Below, piece by piece: positions 1 through 11,900 of a stretch of 64,000 nt of DNA; position 1 is the stretch's first letter; every line of letters starts with the position of its first letter. Both the position numbers and the translations under genes were made by a program. Under the pieces are notes generated by a model. That model did no database searches, was not told where the DNA came from, and worked only from the letters and a program-made list of their open reading frames with translations. The stretch comes from Amphiscolops sp. MND2022 (lineage: Eukaryota): contig OZ076417.1 in the NCBI GenBank assembly GCA_964187785.1, positions 48,174,001 through 48,238,000 on the forward strand, read 5' to 3'.

Positions 1-3000
1 TGACATTCTGCGTTGGATATGCAAATAAATAACGCGAAAAGACATCAATCATCGTGACAATGTTTTGGTATCCCGCAGAGTTTGGTAAGTTCGGCAATAT
101 GTCTATTTCTAGGATATCTTCTGGTCCTAAGACATGTTCCGTATTGTTGATCATTTTTGGTCGGATTTGGCTGTTGTTGATTCGCTTGTATTTGATGCAT
201 TCTTCACATTGCATTACCCATTGTCTGATCTTCTTTGCTAATCCTGGGTAGTAGTATTTTGATCGGCATTCTTGGATCATTTTTGTGATTCCTGGATGCT
301 TTCCCATTTGTCCATGAATTGTTTTCAAGAGTTCTGTGATTAGATGTTCAGGGATTAAAATTTGGTGGTGAGTGACTTGGCCACATTCCCCGTAATATTT
401 GCGCATTAGTATTCCATCTTTCACTATTAGTCTGTTCTCGTGGAGTAGGAGACGTTTGGCTGTCGGATCGGTCTGTAGAAGGTGTTTGTCGTATTCTTCA
501 CATATTAGTTTCTTTTTGATTGCTTTGAAAACCAAATTCGAGTCTTGTTCGACTCTAATGCGTGCATCTTCTTTTATTGCCCCAAAGGTATAAGATGCTT
601 TATTTATTGGGATTGGGGCGGTTTCTTTGATGGCTATTTTAATTTTGGACGTCGCTTCGTCGCGCGCATTTTGTCTAGCTTGTTCTTTCTGTAATAGGAT
701 TTCTTCTTCCGTTTCAATTGTTTCATCCGGAAGGAAGAATAGTTGTTCCTCATCCGCGACGTCTGTTGATTGGAGATTCACTTGGATGGGCTTGATTGTA
801 ATATCCTCTCTGATTTTTAGTTCAACTCTTTCTTTGGGGTTGAGGTCAATTCTTGACAGGAAATCGGCTGCCGTGTTTTGCGTACCCGCGACGTGCATTA
901 TGTGGAAGTTGAATTGTAGTACGTAATCACATGCATTCCACAGGGTGTGCGGGATTGCTTTTGTTTGGAAGAAACGCGTTACTGATCTGTTGTCGGTCAT
1001 TACAAGAGTTGGTAGGGTTGTTTCTCATAGAATATGGCTGTATTCAAGGAAGGCATGACAGATTGCCAGAAATTCCTTGCAGTAAATTGACATTTTGATT
1101 TGAGCCGGGGAGAACACCTTTGATCCGAATGCGACTGGTGCAAATGTCTTCTTTTTTGAATTGAGTTTTTTGTCGTTGTCTTCCTCAATCATTAGGGCGT
1201 AGCCAGAGGCTCGGAAGCTGGCGTCCGTCATCAGGACGTACTGTCGTCCTGTGATTGGTTGTTTGAGTGCCAAACCGCAAGCTTGCGCTATTGCTGCATT
1301 GATGGCTTTGTAATGGTCGAGTAGTTCTTCTGTGATTTTGATTTGCTTGTCTGCTTTCAGTAGTTCATAGAATCCGAGCAATTTCTCAGACAGTCTCGGG
1401 ATGTAGTTGCGATAATAATTGACAAAACCGATGTATCTTTGTACTTGTTTCTTGGATTTTGGGAATCTCACGTTTGCTAAGAATTTTTGAATCTTATGAT
1501 CTTGTGGGGCGATTCCTTGTGGTGTGATCGTTCTTCCAAGGAATTCGACTTCAGTTACTCCGAAGTGGCATTTGTCAATGGATAGTTTGAGTCCTGCTTG
1601 TCTGATGCATTCGAAGACGGCTCGGATGTTTCGTATCAGCTGCGTCACGGAGTTGGCGGCTATGCCGATGTCATCCACATATTGCGCACATTGGTCAGCT
1701 TTGATTACTTTATCCAAGTATTCTCGCATGAAACTTGAAAATGCCGACAGGGCTCTGCTCAGTCCTTGTGCTAGGCGTTTGTAGGCGAACGTTCTGCTTG
1801 CAAAGTTGAAGGCTAGCATTTCGATTGATCGTTGGTCTGCCATCTGTAGACAGTGGTATGCTTGGGAGCAATCTAATTTGCAGAACAACTTTTTCCCAGC
1901 TAAGTGTTGGGCTGCGTCCGACAGGGTGCTGACTGGGTGGTTGTTGTTGATGTAATCGTCTGAAATTAGTGCGTTTATTTTTCGTAGGTCGACGAGTAGA
2001 CGCAGTTTGCCATTTGGCTTCCTTTGTGCGAAAATTGGACTTGCATATTTCGAGAATGGTAGGGTCGTTATTATGCCGTACCTATGCATTAGTGCTAATT
2101 CGACTGTTAGGTCCTCTTTCAGGTTAATTGGTACCGGCAAGCTTTGTGTGTAAATTGGGCGCTCGTCTTTCGGGGTTAATTTGACTTTGAAGCTATTATT
2201 GATTCCGATGTCAAGGCGATGTCGGGCAAAGATATCGTTGTATTCGACTATTGTTTGCTCGAGTTGCTTTCTGTCATTGCCTTCGATTTGAGAACCCTCC
2301 CACTGGAACATGTCCAGGAAATGCTTTCGTGATTCTGGATCTTTGGTTGGGTCTAGTTTTTCTTTTTGAATGAGTTCGCGGATTTCTTTCAGTATCCTTC
2401 GTTGAATTGGTGTATGTTCTTCTTCGTTTCCTGGGTTTTCGGGTGTGGGGAACCAGAAATTTTCACCGTTTTGTTCATTTTCGCTGGATTTCATGAGTTC
2501 ATTCACATACATGTGTGTGTCATCTGGATCTTGTAGAGTGGTTAGCGTTGCGACGTCTATGGGTCGTATCTGTTTGGTGTCTTCTGGCCGCAGGATTTGC
2601 AATTCTGCCAATTTGGTGTGATTTTTTATGGTGTGAGGGAAATCTGTCAAATTGGCTATTCGTAAATTGATCCGTTTGTTGTGAGCTGTGGCTAGTGCTG
2701 GTGCGACGATGATGGTTGCTGTTTCGTCAAACTGTGGTAGTGGTTGTACTGCTCCTGTTATGTCAATTGCATTAGTAGTTATGACTATTGCGTTTACGGT
2801 TGTTGTTTGTTGTGGAGGCAGTGTCTGGTTCCCTTCAGTCATGATTTGGAGTGGTTTGGGGTTACAGTTTTTCTTTTCATCTGTCATGGCTAATGTCATT
2901 TCGACGTGCGGGAAATTGATGGTTCCGTTGGCAGTGTCAATTACTGCTTGATGGTTTCTCATGAAGTTCAATCCTATGATAGGGAATGACGTTTTCGATA

Positions 3001-3742
3001 GGATGACGAAGGTGTCCGTGAAGGTATATGTTCCAATATTGAACTGGATATCCGCTGTGGCTATTGGTTGCTCTAGTTGTGCGTTCGCGCATTCGATCTT
3101 GAATGGAGGTTGAGGGTACTCTTTTATGACACAACTATCACTGTTCATTTTGATTGCGTTGTAGTCTGACCAGGACATGGCATTGATGAACGCACCTGAG
3201 TCGACAAGTCCATCCATTGTTATTTCACCGAATTCTAGTGGCAAGTACAGCATTCTCCTTCTATTTTTGAGGACTATGGTGGAGTGGAGAGGTATATATG
3301 TTTCTCCATTCTTTTCGGCTACGTACTCCTTGATTGAGTTGAGTGATGAGGGGAAATCGTCTGGGGACAGAAATGTCTTGGTGGAGTCGTGATTATCCCC
3401 TTCATTTTGTCGGGACGATAGGCAGTCGTCGGAGGCGCTTTCATTTTGTTCTACCTGGTTTGTAGCGGAGAGTTCTCCGTTGATGGGGGGTAAGTTGGTA
3501 GGACGATTTGCTTGTTGTTTAGGATTGTCCCTGTAGTCTTTATCGTGAGTGTAGGTTTCTGCTTGTTCGGTTTGTGGATATGGTCTTTTTATAGAAGCGA
3601 GTGCTTGTCGTCTTAGCCAATCTACCGTTGGTGTGCCATCACACCCTACTGTTGAGTCGTTTGTATAGGTGATGGGGGGATCTGTTGGTGAATACGCCCT
3701 CGCGGCTACGGTTTCCCCGAATCGCAGGCGCGGCGTATCTAG
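1..3742 (-). CDS. pol: Pol polyprotein (PR-RT-RH-IN) in the -1 frame relative to gag, with one in-frame TGA at 1025-1027
   Basis: The frame is open from 3742 through ORF 1025..3253. After the TGA it continues open to base 1: ETTLPTLVMTDNRSVTRFF..., integrase HHCC (HGQMGKHPG...CEEC) and the start of the core (EIDILPN...IDVFSRY). Confidence 0.9.
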
Positions 3743-3748
3743 TTTTTT
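3692..3748 (-). promoter_or_regulatory. Putative -1 programmed ribosomal frameshift signal
   Basis: A AAA AAC heptamer (3748-3742) in gag phase sits immediately before the gag TAG. It is followed by a hairpin with ATACGCC/GGCGTAT arms (3738-3692). Confidence 0.8.
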
Positions 3749-5178
3749 GATTCATCTGCGTCTTGATTTGTCGGCTGTTGTGCAGGGTTATCTTGTTTCC
3801 TTTCTTGTTGGAAATGTCGTTTAGGTCTCGGGTCGTTTGCCGAGTTAGCTCCGTTCCAGCAGTTTTCTGTTTTGTGGGGTTTTCCACAGGTATCGCATTT
3901 AAGTGGTTTGCCTGAACTACTGCTGGTTTGGGCATTGTTTTTCTTGGTTTGCATCCATTTATCTCTTTTCATTTTCCTACACTCCGCCTTGTAGTGTCCG
4001 AATTTGTTGCAGTAGAAGCAATACCCTTTCTTGGTGTTTTGTGTTGTATTGTCGGCCTTTTTGGACTCAGTGTTTGGTGGGGCCGGTTCTGCTTTGTTTA
4101 GTGGTACCAGGTTTACTTCATCTGGCGCCCCGAGGCCGTTAAGTCTCATTTCCCTTTCTAGATGCAGTACGATGTCGTTATAGGGTTTGTCTTCAAGGTA
4201 CGCTCTATTTAATATTTTCTTTACATGGTCTGGCATTTTTGCATAGATCGCCTTATCAATAAATTGTTGGGCTTCAGAGCCAAAAGCTTCTTTGGCTGTT
4301 TTTTGCAGTACATCTAGAAATTCGTGGAGTTTTTGGTTCGAGGGATCGAATTTGAGCTCATCCCATTCGCATCTTGCCTTGGCCATAGCCAAATAGTCTC
4401 CAAAACGTCGCTTGAAAATCGTCATGATCTCATCAAGGGAATCCTTTTTCGTATCTTCGATATTACAAAATGCTTGTAAGGCATCTCCCCTGAGGAGGGA
4501 GTGGAGGTAGTTTATTTTTTGGATTTCAGTAAGGTGCGGGTACATTTTTATGTTATTCCGGAAAAGGTCTTCGAATAGTTCAAATTTTTCCGACTTCCCA
4601 TCGAAGGTCGGGAGTGACGCCGTGAGTGCTTTTGGCATGGGCAGAGTAGTGCTATCGTTTTTATCTGTTGCAAATAAAGTCCTTGCCGCTACTGGACGTT
4701 CTTTTGACGGCGGCTGGCTCTGAGACCTGGCTTTTGTTCTTTTTGGTTGGTTGGTGGAATCGGTTAGGACTCCTGTCACCATGTTACGACATATTATCGG
4801 GTCGTTTTGAGTAGAACTTATCCTAACTGACTTTGTTGGAGTATAGAAACTCCTAGTCTCCTCTTCTACCTCTTCTTCGGTATTTTCTCTAATGATCCCT
4901 TTTGTTTCAGGTTTAAGGAGTTTCAACATCTCTTTCTGAGATTCAATAAGGAGGGTTTTAATCTCCAACGTTATTTCTTCCTTTAAGGAAGCTCTCAAGC
5001 TTTCTAGAAGGCTATTCTCAATCCGGGGGGATTTTGGTCTAGAAGGCCCCGCTACTACATCGTCCTGGTTCGAGGAACAAGGATTTCCTACTACTATGGG
5101 TGAAATCAAGCCTTCACTTACGTTCTCACTGGTGCTTTGCTGATCGTTCCTTCTTTTTTGGCTTCTTGTTGTCGACAT
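3739..5178 (-). CDS. gag: Gag polyprotein (ATG at 5178; the upstream TTG start in the ORF track is probably not real)
   Basis: Capsid-like LPTFDGKSEKFELFEDLF; knuckles CFYCNKFGHYKAEC and CDTCGKPHKTENC. Confidence 0.92.
   Translation of the reverse strand: MSTTRSQKRRNDQQSTSENVSEGLISPIVVGNPCSSNQDDVVAGPSRPKSPRIENSLLESLRASLKEEITLEIKTLLIESQKEMLKLLKPETKGIIRENTEEEVEEETRSFYTPTKSVRISSTQNDPIICRNMVTGVLTDSTNQPKRTKARSQSQPPSKERPVAARTLFATDKNDSTTLPMPKALTASLPTFDGKSEKFELFEDLFRNNIKMYPHLTEIQKINYLHSLLRGDALQAFCNIEDTKKDSLDEIMTIFKRRFGDYLAMAKARCEWDELKFDPSNQKLHEFLDVLQKTAKEAFGSEAQQFIDKAIYAKMPDHVKKILNRAYLEDKPYNDIVLHLEREMRLNGLGAPDEVNLVPLNKAEPAPPNTESKKADNTTQNTKKGYCFYCNKFGHYKAECRKMKRDKWMQTKKNNAQTSSSSGKPLKCDTCGKPHKTENCWNGANSANDPRPKRHFQQERKQDNPAQQPTNQDADESKN
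4769..4781 (-). other. Primer-binding site TGGTGACAGGAGT
   Basis: Directly abuts the LTR end (...GTAACA). It differs by one base from the tRNA-Leu type PBS TGGTGTCAGGAGT; the tRNA identity is uncertain. Confidence 0.75.
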
Positions 5179-7257
5179 TTTGTAGAAAAGTTTGAGCTTG
5201 AAGAATTGAATTTCTTTCAAAGATTTTCCAACAAAGTAGAACAAGGTGAGAGTGAAATTGAGAATTCAACTGAATTGTACAATTACAAAAGACTGAGTCC
5301 CTTAATCATCAAATCCTATCATATTTATACCCTCCCAGCATCATTTGATCACGAACAAAGCCCTAATTTTCCTTGAACAATTAGTCATTTCCTGTATTTT
5401 CGATGAAAAAATCATTTTGTTCCCAATTTTACGTCAACATTTCGTCAATTTTTGAGACACGATGTTCTTCATTCAGTATTAGTCATCAAGTTTGATCATA
5501 TCATTTCATCTCGGCGTCCTTTTGCTTCCTCCCAAGCAGGAAGTAGATATTACTTCAGTCTGTCAAACCGGAAATGATTCCCTGTTTTACTGCTTTGGTT
5601 CGCGGGAAATTGACGCTGAGATGACGCTGACGTGAACAAAAAATACCTGATTTTGAATTTCGCTTTGACAAAAATGCTATGACTAATTCCAAAATGGGAA
5701 TAATTGAACGATGCTAGACGATATTTTATGAATTTGGACCCAAGCTTTTGCTGAAAGTGAGAATAAAATTGTGATATAAAAATAATATTTGTTAGCAACA
5801 TTGTCAAGTCGTGTCAAATGCGACAAGATCTATAAAATTAACAGCAACGTTTGTTAAATAGCAACATCAACACAACGTATATAACTGGACAGCTACTGGT
5901 CGTACTGGTATAAGAAAACATGAACACAATCACAAATACAGCGCTCAATGTCGTAGAGTACAAAAATGCAAAATATACGAAAATACATTTCTGTTATACA
6001 ATATACCTTTAATTGGAAAGAATAAACTGTGGCTTCCTTATTAACCTACTGTGAGATCTTGTAATAAGATGATTTATACACATAAATTTCTTTATTGTTA
6101 AGGATACATGATTGTTACTTAATATGAGGTTGAAATTATCCTACATGTGTCAATACTCATTCTGAATTGGGACCTTAAACCAAGGAAAATCAACAATACA
6201 TCCGTTATACAATTTGTAACAGTCTGCAATCTCCTCTTTTTAGGAAACAACGGCATTTACGCGCTGAAAACCTGACTAAATTTGGCGAATTCATTCACTT
6301 TATTCAATTTCATAAACTTGTCAACGTCATGTTGACGAGTTTTCTTGGCAGAATTTAAGCTTCATAAACTTGTCAACGTCATGTTGACGAGTTTTCTTGG
6401 CAGAATAGAGATTTGACTAGTTTGACGCAATGCTGACGAGTATTTTAGAAATGAGTCTCTCGCTAGCTGCCGATGCAGTGACGTCACAGTGGCGGTAAAT
6501 TGGAATGATTTCTAGCAATGCTATTAGTATAGGCGGATAATTGGAATGATTTTCTGGTATGCATATGCGAGGCAGTGACGTCAATTGGTATGCCTTCAAA
6601 CTTGTCTGCGTCCTGCTGACGACAAATATACATGTATCCTTGCTTCTTTTGCCGCTTTGTTTACTCAGCGCAGTATTGACGTCCTAAATCACTTTAATTG
6701 CTGTTCAAAAGAGTAATTAAGCTGTCTTTCTAAGAAAAGGCTTAACTACCACGGTGTGTTGTCTCACTGTAATTTCCTGTTTTAGGTCCAAATGAAATGT
6801 AATTTTTCGGGATTAGTTTTGATGTATTTCCATTTAGATTAGCTTATGATCTCTTTAATCTTGGGGTAGTTTTATTCTAATTTTCAGGTTGTGAATGTTT
6901 CATTTGTCGTGGTTGACTCGTCCAGACAAACATGCGTGAAATCATTTTTGGATTATTTTGCTTCCTTATTTCATTTCCGCTCAAATTTGCGCGCGGTAGA
7001 TGTGTATTTTGCATTTCCGGGACTATTTTATTCAATTTTGCGAGAGCATGAAAAGCCTAGAATGCGTTCATTAGTTTTATTTGAATCTTTTGCTAGGCAA
7101 AAGTATTATTGCATTTTAAGTCACAGTTTATTTAAGTCTAGTTAGAGTTCGAGTTAATAGCCAAAATACCTTTTCGTGAGTCTTGCGGTGCACCCATGTC
7201 CACGCCCAAAGCCAACTCTCCTGCATCCGCAATCTTGTCCGGGAGCGGACTGTGACA
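4782..7257 (-). repeat. 5' LTR, about 2.48 kb
   Basis: TGTTACGAC...TGTGACA boundaries; near-identical to 12681-15157 (I count only about 8 differences by eye). Confidence 0.95.
6309..6406. repeat. 52-bp-period tandem duplication inside the LTR (also present in the solo LTR)
   Basis: TTCATAAACTTGTCAACGTCATGTTGACGAGTTTTCTTGGCAGAAT occurs at 6309 and 6361. Confidence 0.95.
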
Positions 7258-7885
7258 GGGCCACTGTCATGGGGCGAACGGCTTTACCGGGTTGATAGAA
7301 GTCGAACGCCTGTCGCAGGTGATTTTCGCGAGAGTAGTTTTCCTTGGTTTCGTCTCGCGTTAACTTCGGCTCCTCCAGATCGTTTAGAGGACTAGTTGTC
7401 AGCAGATTTATTCTTCTCAGTGGGCCAGGGGGCGTGACAAAGTATGAAGAGGCGTCTTCTTGTTGCACCTTCTCCAGATATTCGGCTACTTTGCTACTTG
7501 TTACTGATTCGGTTTGTACAGCTGGGGCTTCTACTATGAATATGTCCGAAGACAAGCTTTCATCGGGGCTTTCCGGGGAGTCAGCAATAACTTCTTCGGT
7601 CGAGTCAGAGTGGGGGTACTGTCCCGATTCTACTGTTTCAAAACTAGGGAACGACTCACTCAGCTTCATTTTCTTGCATTCTGTTTCTAACGAATTTACC
7701 GATAGGTCGAGGTATTCTTCTTCATCTGCATTCGCCTCTGCTGATGAGTTTAGAATTTCGATGACCAATCCCGGATAGGCCCTGCTGTTACTAGGTATTG
7801 GGGTAGACGATCTTGTTATTTCGCCTTCCTCTTCGCTTGATGACGAGATGTCGATTAGTTCGTAGATGTCTAACAAGTTGTTCAT
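7258..7885 (-). CDS. Acidic Ser/Glu/Pro-rich ORF of unknown function, interrupted at 7257 by the Gypsy LTR
   Basis: ORF 7154..7885 runs into the LTR; only 7885-7258 is native sequence. Low complexity, no recognisable domain. Confidence 0.5.
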
Positions 7886-8032
7886 TCTGCGGCGAAATTT
7901 CTTGGCTGCTGCTTTTCGAGTTTGATTGTTTCACAATGAATTTTCCGGGATAATTAGGATTACTGAGAATGTTGGGATAAATCCCTTCATTCTGATTGGT
8001 TAATCAATCTTTTTAATCCTTTCGATCTGCAG

Positions 8033-8289
8033 TTGTTGACGTTATATCGACAACTCTTTTTATTGGCCTAGAAATTGAAATAATTCCTTTAGCCAAACTT
8101 GTCAACGTTATGCTGACGTCATTTTCGCTAGTTTAGCTAGCTTTTGATTTTGTCACCGTTTTGATGACGTCATTTTAGGATATAGGATTAATTTCTTAAC
8201 CCTGATAACCTTTTTGTCGACGTTATGCCGACGTCAATTTCGTTGGTAATTAGCCAACTTTCATTTTTGTCACCGTTATGATGACGTCA
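8033..8289. promoter_or_regulatory. Repeated 23-bp motif TTGTC(A/G)(A/C)CGTT(A/T)TG(A/C)(C/T)GACGTCA in a divergent-promoter interval
   Basis: Copies at 8099, 8150, 8214 and 8267, plus a weaker one at 8033, lying between ATGs at 7885 (-) and 8343 (+). Three copies end in the CRE palindrome TGACGTCA. Confidence 0.65.
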
Positions 8290-8342
8290 GTTTTGATTGT
8301 TGTTTTCATATCTTCTCTTTTTCAGATTTCTGCTATTTTGAG

Positions 8343-11300
8343 ATGGATCAGGAGCCTCCTCTGTCCCGTCGTGACGCCGGCGCTCAGAGCGGCAATGAGA
8401 CTCAATTCGTGTTCTCTGAGGGAGACATCTACCAGAGTGATGGCGATATTGTTCGTCGACAGGCAACAGGTGGGCTTATTCTTCCCCGGACCATTAAGCT
8501 TTTATGAATAATACTACTTTCAGATAGGCCTTTTCTGTTTCGTATTTTCACAGCTTAGATTTTCTGACGCGTCAATACGGGAATGTTGTTTCAGTTTCTG
8601 GCCCAACTATTCCGTCCCCTGCTGGTGGTGTTCTCGCCACTACTCCGGAAATTTCTCTCCCAGGAGGTCCTTCTCGGGTTTCTGTTGGTGGAGTTGATTC
8701 TGCCATTAGTGACTCTGTTGTTTGTCATTCTGACGAATTGGACATGACTTTGGGAGCTCTTGCACAGCAGATTCGTTCTTCCGTGGCTTCAGAGACTCGC
8801 GGAGGTGAGATTCTGTCCCCCCCCCTACAAGGAAGTAGCAAGCAGATAGAAACGACGCCAGGAGATGATGTTGCTGCAAAAACGTCTTCTCCTCGGTTCA
8901 GTGATTTCTTGCCTGGTTTCAGTCAGTCATTCGGCAGTCGAATCAGTTCTCCTGCTTCCAAACGTGGTAAGTGAGTTGACTGTTGGTTTTGGTTGTTGAT
9001 TTATGTAAGTTAGTGTCTCATAGATGGTTTGATTGTGCTGCTCAATATTGCTTGCTATTGTGTATTAGCTTTACTGGCTGCTCCCGACAAAGAAAAGTCA
9101 CTTGGGCAGAGTGGAAAGTTGTTGCAACTTCGTCCGGGCACATCAGGAAGCAGCAGTAGACGTGTTCAGTTCGATGTGCGTAGCAGTGGAGATGAAGAAG
9201 TCGCTGAACCTTCTACCAGTAAAACTCTGTCACTAGTTCCAGGGCGGCGACCGGTTGTCGAGTCAGACGCTGAGAGACATGCCATGGATCCATTTGTAGC
9301 TAGTAAGTATGGTTTGATGGTTATTCATACTGCATTGTTTCTCTCCCTTTGTGGTGAAATCGTTTCCTCCTCGTTTTGTTTGTTTTCCTTTCTCTCTTTT
9401 TGTTGGTAATTGTTCTCTATTTGAAGGTGTTATGTTGTATTGTCTATTTGTTTTTGTCTTGTATTGAAATTGCGTTTTGTCTATTATAGAATTCGAGGAG
9501 TTGATACGGAGAATGGAGTCGACTTTGGAGGGGGCTACACGAGGGCGAAAACGAGCCTACAGTCCTCGTAATCGATTGCGACGTGACATGGTGTCGGGGC
9601 ACCCCGTGTTTGAGCTCTTCGTCAGTGGATCAAGTACTGGGTCTGATAAGTTGTTCCACTGTATGATCTGTCAACGAGACGTATCGATGGAGTCGAGAGG
9701 TCCTGCCGAATTTGCTCGTCACTTCTTCGGTAAACGGCACTGGGTTTTGGACGTGACTTATCGTGTGCAGAACGACATGCCAATTTTCAACAGATTGATG
9801 GACCCGATGGTGTTGACTGAGGCTCAACTGTCAGAGTATCGTGATCGGCCTCGCAAAGGAAAAAGTGAGGGGTTCAGCTTCCCGGAAGATCTGTTGCCAG
9901 CATGCACTCAAGCTAATTCGAGTGTTCCGTTGATGACGATGATCAATTGTCTGGTTGAGTTGCTGCGGTCGGGTGGAAGTTATACCCTCTTACGACGTCT
10001 TTGGGGAAGTTTCCGAGCGACTTTGGGCCGAGAGAATCCCCTGTACAGTTTGAATTGGAGCCTTGCTGAATCCTTGGTGAGTCTTAATTTTGTTGTTCTA
10101 TTTTCCGCTTTCGATTTGTATATGGTTGTTTTGTGTTGGTGTCTGCTAGAAGTCATAGGGAGTAACTTTCGGCATTTTTGGGATGCAAATTTTGGTTTGT
10201 GTTTTAGTCGATAATTTGCCGTGCACTTTTCCCTCGGGCATTGCGGTTGCTCATCTCGCGGATTTCTGCATTTCGTGAGTACAGTGTGTTCTTTGTGGAG
10301 GATGAGAGAACTCATAAATGTTTCGTACAGACATGGGACGAGCACTGTTGGATGAGTGTCTGTGTCTGGGTGGAGCCCTCTGGACAACATGCGCCTAAAG
10401 CAGAATTGGCTGGTCTGTCTCGTATCGTTGACAGCACGACTTCTTGTCAGCTGCCTCTTGCTTGTCGTGGGGGCAGTCCTACGCTCTTACGTGTCTTGAG
10501 TGATAGTCGAGTGGACAGTCGTATCTTTGTCGTGTTCCGGGATTTCAACGAGGATGTCTTCTTGCATTGTTTCCGCCTAGCTTATCAGGAGGTGTTTGGT
10601 GGTTTGGAAGTGACCACCATGATTGATTTCCTGGTTTTGCGTTTGCGTGGTGCCCTACAAGAATCGTGGTTCGACGATTTGCCAGTACTGCGACGGAGCG
10701 TGATTGCTGGACGAGTGGTCTTTCCTGACCTATGTGATGTCGTGAAGGATTTGCTTTCTGTGTGGACTTTAGTGCGGAAATTTATCAGGGATAGTGCACC
10801 TCGTCATATCAAAACTGAAGCTGGCCGGGTAAGTTATGTCCTAGTATTCATAGTAGCTATGTGTTTGGCTATTTAGTTGTTTTCCTTGTGTTGATTGTGT
10901 TCTTCTCTTTTTTCGCTTCTCGTTTGGTGTTGGTAACTTCAGTGGGAATATTTGATTTTTTACAGATGCGAGGTACTGACTGGACTGTGTACTCTGATGG
11001 TGTGGGCGAGTTACGATTGGGTCTTCTCCTACACATCCTGGAGCTTTGTAAGTTGTTGTGCTTTCGTTATGTTGTTGGCTGGGTTCTGACGGGTTGGGGT
11101 TTTTGGGTATGTTGACTGTATAGACATGGTGGAGATATTTTGTGTTTAGATCGTTGTTCCTTCAAGAAGCTGCTGTCCGGGCGCGTGGATTACTGTTTCC
11201 ATTTTTACATGGAAGTGTGTCAATTTGTCTACTGCCTGTTGTCTCGCACCCGGAAAATCAGTGCTCTCCCAGGCTTGCACGATTGGGAAGAGTATATGGA

Positions 11301-11703
11301 TGTGGAGAAGGTGGACGAGTTTGATTCCATTTCTCCTGACGATTTCTTGCGGAACCATTATTTCGGGTCAACTTTGCATGGTCGGAATGACGGGAGTGGG
11401 CGAACTTTCCGCGAACAGTGCCGAAAGTTCATGGACCGACTGGTGGATGCTATTCTGGGTCAACAACCTGTGACTGGGGAGTTTTCTCAAGGACTCTATG
11501 CATTTTGTCCAGAGTTGTTGTTAGAAGGAGATGACCATCACATGTTGAGTCTGTTTAGCAAGTTGGTTCGGGTCCTGGAGTCAAGTGGTTGTCTGTCATC
11601 TTCCGAGTCGAGGACGGCTGTCGAAGAGTATTCAACTTTTGTTGTGGATGCGCGGAGGCGACATGAAGATTGTGGTAAAATGGTTCAGGCAATACTTGTG
11701 TAA
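8343..11703 (+). pseudogene. Multi-exon zinc-finger protein, probably a hAT-type transposase, truncated at the C-terminus
   Basis: GT-AG-bounded coding blocks (about 8343-8469, 8554-8967, 9067-9303, 9490-10076, 10240-10828, 10965 onward, 11150-11703). C2H2 finger CMICQRDVSMESRGPAEFARHFFGKRH. The C-terminal FCPELLL...FSKLVRVL...AVEEYSTF segment resembles the region before the hAT dimerisation domain. No catalytic triad verified. Confidence 0.5.
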
Positions 11704-11727
11704 CGCTAACCCGTTATTTAGTTCCAT

Positions 11728-11900
11728 TTCTAAGATAGAATATAAAGAACCGCAGATTAGAATCAGCGGAAGAAAGAGTTTTAACATCCACTGAGTAAAA
11801 TCAGTGTAATTATTCTAAGATAGAATTTAAACAACCGCTTAGTGAAATTAGCGGAATTATTCTAAGTTAGAATTTTATTTCTAAGGTAGAATTTCTAAGA
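11728..11900. repeat. Subterminal palindromes TTCTA-N3-TAGAA
   Basis: Copies at 11728, 11813, 11860 and 11879, plus a half site at 11893. Confidence 0.85.

Larger units (their letters stand above)
1..7257 (-). mobile_element. Ty3/Gypsy LTR retrotransposon (5' LTR, PBS, gag, pol; 3' end lies left of the window)
   Basis: Order on the minus strand is LTR (TG...CA), TGG-starting PBS, gag with two CCHC knuckles, then protease (LVDSGA), RT (YVDD), RNase H (DAS) and integrase. The PR-RT-RH-IN order defines Ty3/Gypsy. Confidence 0.95.
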
